Under the pieces are notes generated by a model. That model saw only the letters and a program-made list of their open reading frames with translations. It was not told where the DNA came from and did no database searches. A stretch of DNA of 64,000 bases from the human T2T-CHM13v2.0 reference genome, Homo sapiens, in NCBI RefSeq assembly GCF_009914755.1, contig NC_060929.1; one strand, written 5' to 3'. The stretch's first letter is position 1. Every line of letters begins with the position of its first letter. The position numbers and the translations under genes are program-made. Below, in pieces: positions 11,976-23,227 of the stretch.

Positions 11976-13653
11976 ATCTGTTTCACATTTATTTTCCTGA
12001 TCTGTACAAGACCTGCCATAGGTGTCCTGGATACATAGACCAGTCCTTTCAGGAAGCTAAGAAAAATGACATGGGAAAGGCACCGGTATTTCATTGCTCA
12101 TCCCACGAGGAGATGAACTTAAAACTGTTCTAAACACCATCTATCAAAGGGCTTCAGATTGCTACATTGATTTTTCCTTGTATTAAACTATTAGATGGAG
12201 AAAACCATATATTAATGTTTAGTTAAAAAATTTTGTAACCTTTGAGGCAAGGAAATTCAATGATAATCAGATAGGTTTATAGGATAATATCATGGGGTGG
12301 GTAGTGATAGAGATTTTTGCTGGCTGGTGAGTTCTGTTAGCTGCACATGTATAGCTGCACTTGTTCTAAAATGGGGTGTGTTGCAAATAAAAGACAATGG
12401 CGAACCAGAAAACAGAGGCACATGACAAACTTGTATTCTTCCAGGGTCTACATCTTGCTGAAATTTTGCTAGCATTGACTCCATAACTTGCATTTGCTGT
12501 TGTTCGAGTGAGTAGATTAGTGAAAACACTAAGCAGATACATATTCACTATAGTGAATATGCCATTTTTCGAGAATGTCATTTTTAAAGAATTATCTTTT
12601 CCTGTTTGTTTCCATTCAATTTTGAGCTACTGTCTATAGTTTTTTTTAATAATCAGTGTTCCTTTTTTATATGTGAATTCTACTTCAGTAGATGCCGTAT
12701 CTGAGTATAAGGAAACATTTATTTAGAATCCATTTTATGCCTTTTTGATAAGTTTGTTTATATACCACATTTATCAGTTATTTTTATTTATTTTAATATT
12801 TATTTACATAGTATTCACATCCATCCTGGAGAACTGTTGCATCTTAGTTTTTGATTTTCTTATTTCTATAAGAATAGCACTGGTTATGTAGAAAATATTA
12901 AGTATATAGTAAAAGAGAAATTGCCATGAGATTAGGAGATTAAATTCCCTTTGTTAAATGTACTCACTGTGTTACTGTGTTGATATATAAGCTCCAAAAT
13001 GGCATGGGATGTTCATGAAAATAGATTTACAAGTGGACATTAAAGTATAAATCACATAAGTCACATAAAAATCTGTCTTATTTTTTGGCTCACTGTTTTT
13101 TCACTGCTAACTAAGGGTATAGTCTTCACTTTGCTAAAGAGAATGTTTATAAGCCTCTAACTGATAATAATCACTCTTGAGACCAACACAATGAGAATAA
13201 GAGAAATAACTTAGTGGTAATTTGTTGTTTCATCTCTTAAAACTGAAAAATAATTATATATCATTTGAAAAGGAAATATCAGTTATCTCAATTGCCATAT
13301 AATATAGTCCCCTGAGTGGAAGCAACTAATCACCTGGCAGAGACTGTTTACTTAAAATATACTTATAATGACCCAGTGGGTTACACAGCTATAGTAAATA
13401 TTTTTCAATCAAAGTCACTGCAGAATTAGAAGCACTACAGTTCTCCTGTTCTGGCTGGCCCTTTCTGGAAGGATATTATTCCTATGACCATCATCAGAAA
13501 TTGTGTTCACAAAATAAACAACAAAAGTTACAAAGAGTTTATGTTGCTTAGAAAACTAATAGATTTTTTTCTTTAATTTCACTACTGATGCTCTAAAGGC
13601 CATCTGTGCCTTGGAAACATAAACAAGCTTAGATTTTGGTGTCCATGAGTCTT

Positions 13654-14885
13654 TTAACCTTTTAAAATTTTTTTTTATTTCAATAGGATTTTTGGAAAAC
13701 AGGTAGTGTTTGGTTACATGAATAAGTTATTTAGTAGTGATTTCTGAGATTTTGGTGCACCCATTACCTGAGCAGTGTACACTGTACCCAATGTGTAGTC
13801 TTTTATCCCTCATCACCTCCTACACTTTCCCCTGAGTCCCCAAAGTCCAATGTATCATTCTTATACCTTTCCATCCTCATAGCTTAGCTTAGTGTTTAGT
13901 TTTTCATTTCTAAGTTACTTCACTTAGAATAATAGTCTCCAGTTCCATCCAGGTTGCTGCAAATGCCATTATATGTTTCCTTTTTATGGCTGAGTAGTAT
14001 TCCACAGTATATATACCATATTTTCTTTATTCATTGACTGATGGGCATTTGGGCTGGTTCCATATTTTTGCAATTGCAAATTGTGCTGCTATAAACATGC
14101 ATGTGCAAGTATCGTTTTTGTATAATGACATCTTTTCCTCTGGGTAGATAATACCTAGAAGTGGGATTGCTGGATCAAACAGTAAATCTACTTTTAGTTC
14201 TTTAAGGAATCTCCACACTATCTTCCATAGTGGTTGTACTAGTTAACATTCCCACCAACAGTGTAAACGTGTTCCCTTTTTACCACATCCACACCAACAT
14301 CTATTTTTTTATTATGGCCATTCTTGCAGGAGTGACTTGGTATTGCATTGTGGTTTTAATTTTCATTTCCCTGATAATTAGTAATGTTAATCATTTTTCC
14401 ATATGCTTGTTGGTCATTTGTAGATCTTCTTTTGAGAATTATCTATTCATGTCCTTAGCCCACTTTTTGATGGGATTCTTTGTTTTTTCTTGATGACTTG
14501 TTTGAGTTCTGTATAGATTCTGGATATTAGCCCTTTGTCAGATGTATAGATTGTGAAGATTTTCTCCCACCCTGTGGGTTGTCTGTTAACTCTGCTGATT
14601 ATTTCTTTTGCTGTACAGAAGTTTTTTCATTTAATTAAGTCCTATCTATTTATTTTTGTTTTTGTTGCATTTGCTTTTGGGTTCTTGGTCATGAAATCTT
14701 TGCCTAAGCCAATGTCTAGAAGGGGTTTTCCAATGTTACCTCCTAGAATCTTTATGGTTTCAGGTCTTAGATTTAAGTCTTTGGTCCATCTTGAGTTGAT
14801 TTTTGTATAAGGTGAGAGGTGAGAATTCAGTTTCATTTTTCTACATGTGGGTTGCCAATTATCCCAGCACCATTTGTTGAATAGG
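13654..14885 (-). mobile_element. L1PB 3' portion (non-inverted arm of a 5'-inverted insertion)
   Basis: tttcaataggatttttggaaaacaggtagtgtttggttacatgaataag is an L1PB 3' end; ORFs 14027..14218 and 14642..14836 are ORF2 C-terminal pieces. Confidence 0.9.
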
Positions 14886-15196
14886 CAATTCCCATCAAAA
14901 TACCACCATCATTCTTTACATAACTAGAAAAAACAATCCTAAAAGTTATATGGAACCCAGAAAGATCCCACATATCCAAAGCAAGACTAAGCAAAAAGGA
15001 CAAATCTAGAGGCATCACATGAACTGACTTCAAACTATACTATAAGGCCATAGTCACCAAAACAGCATGGTACTGGTATAAAAACTGGCACATAGTCCAA
15101 TGGAACAGAATAGAAAGCCCACAAATGAAGCCAAATACTTACAGCCAACTGATCTTCAACAAAACAAACCAAAACATTAAGTGGGGAAAGGACACC
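14886..15196 (+). mobile_element. L1PB ORF2 segment, inverted arm (twin priming)
   Basis: Sense ORF2 from caattcccatcaaaatacc to ggggaaaggacacc, contiguous in L1 coordinates with the other arm. Confidence 0.88.
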
Positions 15197-16229
15197 ATAT
15201 GCATAAGTCTTAAATGTAGCTTGGAATCCAATCTGTGCTCACATGAGGTGTTAAAAGTACAATTGTTGGTAAAAATAAGAGATAAGCTTGTCACAATGGC
15301 AAGTGTAGAACTTGCTAATACTATGAGTTTCCATTTCAAACACTTAAAGTGCATTGATCTGTGTTTGCTTCTGCACTAGCAAGTGAAAAATAAATATTTG
15401 TGGAATGAAATTGGTGAAGCCAATTTCTCCCCATATTCAACAGTAATCACAAGAATCTTTAACTTCCAGTTATGATCATTTTGAATAAGTAATTTGTTTT
15501 CAAAATAGCCTTCCTTCCCAGACAGGGTACTTACCCACACTACAGGAAAGCTTCCTGAGTAAAAGCTTCTGCAGGGTATCTATGAAAAAGCGCATGTGTC
15601 CGGTGATGTATTCGAATTCCTCTACAGCAGGTTATTTCTGGTTCTGTTGGATTGAGGGGTCTGAGGAATCAGTGAAGTTGAGGACTGCCACCCAACCAAG
15701 TTTACAAATTCCTGAACCACATAGGGGGAAGCACCACCCTTTGTTTTGTCCAGGTGGTATAATGCCCTGTCTCTCCTTCACTTTGAGAAAGGAGTTCTGA
15801 GAAGAGGGGTACTATTACAAAGTCACAAAATGATGAACTAGTTCTTTCAGACTAATTAATAATTGTGACATCAATTTGCATGTGCCATGAATAGAATTTT
15901 TATTATTTACTATTGGAGCACAGAGGAAAAGTAGTTGTAACCATTACTTGTGATTGGAGGGACAGAAGTGGTGGCCAACAACCTCCAAGCCCCAGGAGGG
16001 AACAACAGGTATCAAGAATATGCAATGCAATATCCAGCAAACCACAAAGGGAATGGGAGATATGAGTGGGATTTCTCCTTAGTGATTCTATTATATATGA
16101 GGAAAAAAAATATTGCTTGTGCATAGAGAGATGAAAAATGATAGTTCCCTAAGAATTCAGATTCCATTAACATGGAATGTGAACATGGGTCATGCTAATA
16201 TCCCCAGTTATTTACATTCCAAATCCCAA

Positions 16230-16880
16230 AGGCTATTTCCACTTTTCATTCTCCTGAATTTCTCCCTAACAGTTAATACTAAGGGCACCCTACCATATAG
16301 AATTCTCTCCTTTGGTATCTTCCCATTCATCTTAATGAAAACACCAAAATTTCAGTGTCCTTTGAATGTTGTGATTGACATGCTTCCATACTCAAATTTC
16401 CTGGAATTAATCTATAAGTAGAGCTCTTGTCTCCATTTTCCTGTCCACTTACTGCAAAACAAAGTCAACACTATCATAATGTGTCTGTCTCATAAAACAA
16501 TGAGAGGAAAGGACTCTGACTTTTATGTTTTTAGCTCTTCATATTTTGCTTCCTTTCTGTATTCTTTCATTTCTTCTTGCTGCTTAAATTTTGGTGACTT
16601 TCAGAATTCTCCGCTAGGTCCTATTCCAATCCTGCACCGTATATCTTCTCAGGGTGATCTGCAACATGCCTAAGATTTCCAGTATGGCAATTAATCTCAA
16701 ATGTAGAACTGTAGCACTGACTTCTCTATTGAAACCCTGACCCATATTCCCCATTTCTTATTGTAAATCTTCATCTTAATATGCATCAGATCTCTCAACC
16801 ACAGTGCTTCCAAATCTGAACTCATGTTCTCCACCAGGAAAGGCTCTACCCTTATTTCATTACCTGGGTTAATACTGTCA
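16230..16880 (+). mobile_element. L2 fragments
   Basis: Degenerate L2 motifs such as ctcagggtgatct...aatctcaaatgtag...cttccaaatctgaactcatg. Confidence 0.55.
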
Positions 16881-17277
16881 CTAGCTTTGTAGGATGCTTT
16901 TCAATGGACTGACCTTAGTTATTTGCATCCATTCTATTTTAATTCCCATGTTCATGGTTTAGGAGAATTAGATACTCCAATGACAATAGGAATTGATATA
17001 AAGAGAAAAAAATTCTAAAAGTCAAGGCCTATTTATTGACAATTTTGAAAATATAATTGTTTTGATTTCCCCACCTCCTAATGACAATAAGGATCCTCTG
17101 CCTCTTTCAGCACCAGCCATCTCCTTTTTCCCCTAATCCCTCCAGATTCTTCCTTCCTATCTTTGGAAAATGTCTTAGATGTGAGGCTAACTAGTACTAC
17201 AGCAGGCTTAGTCTATGGCAAGGATTTAGACTTCAAAAACTGTTATCCTGCCAGATCCTTTTGATCAGACATACACT

Positions 17278-17612
17278 GGCTTCTCATCTACCCCAGGCCA
17301 TGGACCAGTACTGGTTTGTGGCCTATTAGGAACCAGGCCACACAGCAGAAGGTGACAGCAAGTGATACCACCTGAGCTCTGCCTCCTTTCAGATCAGCAG
17401 TGGCATTAGATTCTCATAGGACCACAAACCCTATTGTGAAATGCTCATGCCAGGGATCTAGGGTGTGCACTCCTTAAATGAGTCAGGCATTAAATGAGAA
17501 TTTAATGCCTGACAATCTGAGATGGAACAGTTACATCCTGAAACCATCCTGGCTATGGAAAAACTGTCTTACATGAAACCAGTCCTTGATGCCAGAAAGG
17601 TTGGATACTGCT
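17278..17612 (+). mobile_element. MER1B hAT-Charlie DNA transposon
   Basis: ggaccagtactggtttgtggcctattaggaaccaggcc...agatcagcagtggcattagattctcatagg...gccagaaaggttgga. Confidence 0.85.
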
Positions 17613-17979
17613 ACTTTAAACTATTTCACCAGTTTTTGGAAAGGGTCAGGTTTTATTTCTTACTAACTTATGTGCTCCAAATAAGCTACTAAAGTGATCT
17701 ACTAATTATGAACTGCTGTATCTTAGAGAGGCAATATTAATAAATTAGAACACATTCCTGTCTGGGTCATGCTGATCAGGAAAATATTTTTTATTCATAC
17801 TATATTTGGGGTCAGACTATTTTTACTATCTAAACTTTAAATATTATTATGGCCCTCGCTTTCATTTTCATAAGGAGAAAAATTAAAATGTCCCAACTCC
17901 TCCCTTTCTGGGGGGTCTGAATGTCCAAGCTTAGATAACTACCAAAATCACTTTTTAAAATGACCACAGATTAGCCTCA

Positions 17980-18470
17980 TTCCTTAGACTAGAATTTTTG
18001 TTGTCATTATCAACTCCTCTTTTCCCTTCCTTTCTACATCCTGTTGTTTATGAGACCTGTTGATTCCACAATAAAAAGTCTCTTGTATCTGGTTATTGCA
18101 ATTTGCTCCACAGCTTGGCATTTGCAGTCTTTCAAAAGACTCACCTTCTGATTCCCATTTTTATACCCTACATTTGTGCTTTACTATACTCCAAACAGGT
18201 CTTCACTTTTCACTATTGATTGTGTCCCTGGCTACTAATTTGTAAAAGCCTTCCAGCCTTTTTTTTTTATCTTCAAAAACCTCATCCTGCAAGACCCAGC
18301 TTAAATTTGGCAAGAAAAGAAGAAAGACATATCTTTGCTTACAATATGGTAATTTCTCAGTGTAAGTTCCAAAAGAGCAGGAATCATGATTATGTCATTT
18401 TTGATACAGTGCTAATGATTCTATATCATCTTTCACATATAAAAAAATAAATGGCACATGTTAGCTGCTA
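17980..18470 (+). mobile_element. L2 3' fragments
   Basis: Weak similarity: tgtaagttccaaaagagcaggaatcatg and ttcaaaaacctcatcctgcaagacccagcttaaat. Confidence 0.4.
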
Positions 18471-18669
18471 AATAGATCTAACATGAATAATGATGAATAA
18501 TAAATAATCACAGGTTTTAGTTCCAGTCAAAATGGAGTAAGCAATTTCCAGTCTATGTCTTTAACTGAATGGAACTAAATACCCTAGAGAGTATGTATGG
18601 AATAGCCATCTAAAAAGTGAACTGGGAAATACAAAAATACTTGGAGAGTAAACAGCACACTTCCTGCAA

Positions 18670-19846
18670 AATGGCAAATCTAATAGTTATTGGCCTTAAA
18701 GAGGAGATAGAAAAAGAGATACAGGGGTAGAAAGTTTGTTCAAAGGGATATCAGAAAACTTCTCAAACTTAGAGTTATTAGCATGCAAGTACAAGGATGT
18801 CACAGAACACCAAGCACATTTAACCCAAGAGTACTACTTCAAGGTGTTTAATAATCAAATTCCCCAAGGTCAAGGATAAAGAAAGGATCCTAAAAACAGC
18901 AAGAGAAAAGAAACAGATACTATACAATGAAGCCCCAATATGGCTGGCAGCTGACTTTTCAGTGGAAATCTTACAGGCTAGGAGAGAGTGGCATGACATA
19001 TTTAAAGTTCTGAGGGAAAAAAAAAAAAAAAAAAAAAAAAACAACTTTTACCCTAGAGTAGAACATCCAGGGAAAATGTCCTTCAAGCATGAAGGAGAAA
19101 GAAAGATGTTCCCAGACAAACAAAAGCTGAGGGATTTCATCAACACCAGACCTGTCCTACAAGAAATGCTTAAGGGAGTTTTTCAATCTGAAAGAAAATG
19201 GTGATAATGAGCAAAAGAAATCATCTGAAGGTGCAAAACTCATTGGTAAAAATTAGCACACAGGAAAACACAGAATATTATAACACTGTAATTGTGGTAT
19301 GTTAACTACTATTATCTTAAGTAGAAAGACTAAATGATGAACCAATTAAAATAATAACCTCAACAACTTTTAAAGACATAGTTCAATAAGACATAAAGCG
19401 AAACAACAAAAAAAATTTAAAAGTGGGAGGATGAAGTTAAAGTGTAGATTTGTTGTTTTCTTTTTCATGTTGATTTTTTTGCTTATGCAATCATTGTGAA
19501 GTTGTCATCAGTTTAAAGTAATGGGTTATAAGATAGTATTTAAAAGCCTCATTGTTTTTCAAATCAAAAAACATACAACAGATACACAAAAGGTAAACAG
19601 CAAGAAACTAAATCGTACCATCAGAGAAAATAACCTTCATTGAAGGGAAGACAGGGAGGAGGGAAAAAAGAGACGACAACCAAACAATTAGAAAACAAAT
19701 CACAATGTGGCAGGAGTCAGCTCATACGTATCAATAATAACATTGAATGTCAATCTACTAAACTCTCCAAAAGACATAGAGTAGATGAGTGGATAAAAAA
19801 GGAGACACATTGATCTGTTGCCTACAAGAAACACACTTCACCTATA
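18670..19846 (+). mobile_element. L1MA ORF1 3' half, spacer and ORF2 start (no 3' end)
   Basis: ORF 18962..19204 LQARREWHDIFKVL...FPDKQKLRDFINTRPVLQEMLKG is ORF1; ends at gttgcctacaagaaacacacttcacctata (EN domain CCLQETH). Confidence 0.9.
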
Positions 19847-22748
19847 TGTTGGGTCAATATATATCCACAATTGATATATCCTCTTGCAGAATTGACCCCT
19901 TTATCATTATATCATGACCACCTTTGGTTCTTCTTACAGTTTTTATCTTGAAATCTCCTTAGTCTGATGTAAGTATAGCTGCTCCTGATCTTTCTTTGGT
20001 TTCTATTGGCATAAAATATCTTTTTCCATCCTATTATTTTTAGTCTATATGTGCCTTTATAGGTAAAGTGTGTTTCTTTTAGGCAACAGATTAATGTGTT
20101 TTCTTGTTTTATCCACTTAACTACTCTATGTCTTATGATTGTGCAGTGTAGTTCATTGACATTCGATGTTATTATTGATATATATGGACTGACTCCTGCC
20201 ACTTTGTGATTTGTTTTCTGGTTGTTTTGCCTGCCTGCCGACCTTCCTGCCTGCCTGCCTGCCTGCCTTCCTTCCTTCTTTCCTTCCTCTTTTCCTTCCT
20301 TCCTTCCTTATCTTGTTTCCTGATCTTCTTCTTTCCTTCCTTCATATTCCTTTTAGTAAAGGTGATTTTCTCTGGTGCTATGATCTAGTTTCTTGCTTTT
20401 TACTTTTTGTATATTTGTTGTATGTTTTTCAATTTGAGGTTACAATGAGGCTTTAAAATGCAGTCTTATAACCCATTACTTTACACTGATGACAACTTCA
20501 CACTGATGGCATAAACAAAGAAGCAAAAAGAAAACTCAGGAAAACTCTACACTTTAACTTCGTTCCCCTGTTTAGCTTTTTGTATTTTTCTATTTATCTC
20601 TTATTGTACTGTCTGTGTCTGGAGAAGTTGTTGTAGTTACTGTTTTTTATTGGTTCATCATTTAGTCTTTCTACTTACCAGTAGTTTATACATCGCTATT
20701 ATAGTGTTATAATATTTTGTATTTTTCTGTGTGCTCAGTATTACCAATGAGTTTTTTGCCTTCTGATGATTTCTTATTGCTTGTTAATGTCCTTTCCTTT
20801 CAGACTGATGGACTTCCTTAAGCATTTCTTGTAATACAGGTCTGGCATTGATAAATTTCTTTAGCTCTGGTTTGTCTCTGAAGGTCTTTATTTCTCCTTC
20901 ATGTTTGAAGGATATTTTTACTTGACATACTATTCCAGGATAAGTTTTTTTCCTTCAGGACTTTATGCCATTCTACTCTCTCCTGGCCTGGAGGGATTCC
21001 ACTGAAAAGTTTGCTGCGAGACATATTAGAGCTCCACTGTATGCTATTTTTTAAAAAAATTTCCTTTATCTGCTTTTTGGATCCTTCCTTTATCCTTGGT
21101 ATCTGGGAGTTTTATTATTAAATACTTTGAGGTAATCATCTTTGGGTTAAATCTGCTTGGTATTCTATAGCCTTCTTGTATTTGAATAGTGATATTTTCC
21201 CCCTAGGTTTAGGAAGTGTTCTGTTTTCATCTCTTTGAATAACCTTTCTACCCCTATCTCTTTCTCTACCTCCTCTTTAAGGTCAATAGCTCTTTAAGAT
21301 TTTCCCTTTGAGGCTATTTTCTAGAACTTTTAGGTATGCTTTATTCTTTTTTTCCTTTGTCTCCTCTGATTGTGTATTTTCAAAAAGCTTGTCTTCAAGA
21401 TCACTAATTATTTCTTCTGCTGGATCAATTCTGCTATTAAAAGGCTACGATGCATTCTTCAGCATGCCAATTGCATTTTTTAACTCCTGATTTTCTGCTT
21501 GATTCTTCTTAATTATTTCAATCTCTTTGTTAAATTTTCTGATGGATTTCTGAATTTCTTCTCCGTTATGTTGAATTTCTTTGAGTTTCCTCAACACAGC
21601 TATTTTGAATTCTGTTGGAAAGGTCACGTATCTCTGTTTCTCCCAGATTTGTCCCAGTCTTACTTATTTGGTGAGGTCATGTTTCCCTGGATGGTGCTGT
21701 TGCTAGTAGATGTTCTTCAGTGTCTGGGCATTGAAGGGTTGGGTATTTATTGTAGTCTTCAATGTCTGGGCTTATTTGCAGCCATACTTCTTGAGATGGC
21801 TTTCCAGATATTTGAAAGGACTTGATGTTGTCATCTAAGCTGTATCTGCTTTAGGGGGCACTCCAAGCCCAGTAACACTGTGGTTCTTACAGACTTGTGA
21901 GGTACTGCCTTGATGGTCTGGAACAATAGCCAGAAGAATTTTCTGGACTACCAGGCAGAGACTCTTGCTCTCTTCCCTTACTTTCTCCCAAACAGATATT
22001 CTCTCTGTGTGTTGAGCTGCCTGGAGCTAGAGATGTCATGACACAAACACTCCTTGTTCACTATTGCTGGCACTGCACTGGGTCATACCTGGAGTCAGCA
22101 CAGCTCTGTGTCTCACCCAAAGCCCACTGTAACCACTATCTGGCTACCTCCTGTATTACCTCAAGGCACTTGGCCTCTGCAACCAGCAGTTGGTGAAGTG
22201 AGCCAGGTTTGTGTCCTTCCCTTCAGGGCAATGAGTTTTGCCAGGTGGGTCCAGAGATGCCATCTGGGAGCTGGGCACTGGAGTCAAATACCTTAGAAAT
22301 CTACCTGGTGCTTTCTTCTACTGTGGCTAAGCTAGTACTCAAACCACAAAATAAAAGTCCTTCCCACTCTTCCCTCCCCTTTCTGTAGGCAGAAGAATCC
22401 CTACCCTTGGCCACCATCACCAGAGACCCACATGTGTACTGCCAGGCTACTACCAATGGTCACTTAAGTCTCAAAATCTCTTCAGTCAGCTTGTGGGAAA
22501 TGCTACCTTGCCTCAGACTCACTCTTCAGATCAGTGGCCTTCCCTCTGGCCCAGGACAGGTCCAAGAATGCCATCTGAGAGTCAAGTCCTAGAATTAGGG
22601 ACTCCAAGATCCCGCTGTGTGTTCTATCCTACTGCCGCTTAACTAGTACCTAAGGTGCAATACAAAGTCCCTTTTACTTTTCCCTCTGCTTTTTTCAAGG
22701 AGATGGAGTCTCTTACCATAGCCACCACAGCTGGGAATGTGCTGGTCT
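19847..22748 (-). mobile_element. L1MA partial 5' UTR, ORF1 and ORF2 EN start (no 3' end)
   Basis: ORF 19912..20202 MAGVSPYISIIT...CCLKETHFTYK is the ORF2 N-terminus; 21445..21627 is the ORF1 coiled coil. Confidence 0.9.
20229..20342. repeat. (CCTG)n/(CCTT)n tetranucleotide expansion in the L1MA spacer
   Basis: gcctgcctgcc...ccttccttcc visible directly. Confidence 0.9.
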
Positions 22749-23058
22749 GAGGCAGGGCCTGGATAGACGGTAGCCAGGGGCCTCTCAAAGGCAGCAGCAG
22801 CACGGACAACACCTCTGTCAGCTATGGAGCTATTTTAAGTTCACAGCCTTAATAGTATTGTATCCATTTGTCCAGGGGTACAATGGGGCTGGACAGGAGT
22901 GAGAGAACAGTCCCCACTCTGCCCCCAGTGAGGTGCCCAGGAGGGGACGATGTGAGCCTGAAGTTACAGATGGCTCAGTTCTAAGAAAAACCTGAAATCC
23001 AAATGCTTATATGGAACTATCTGACATGTAAATCACTCTGCAGCCCCCACATGCATGT

Positions 23059-23226
23059 GAGGATGGAGAGGATGGGAAGCGTTACAGGCTGGAAGGCTAC
23101 TTATCAGGTACTATGCTCACTACCTCTGTGATAGAATCATTTGTACACCAATCCTCAGTGATGCACAATTCACCCAGGTAACCTGTGCATGTAAACTCTG
23201 AAGCTAAAATAAAAGTAGAGGAAAAA
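23059..23226 (+). mobile_element. Short L1PA15-17-like 3' end
   Basis: ctacttatcaggtactatgctcactacctctgtgatagaatcatttgtacaccaatcctcagtgatgcacaatt...ctaaaataaaagt. Confidence 0.8.
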
Positions 23227-23227
23227 G

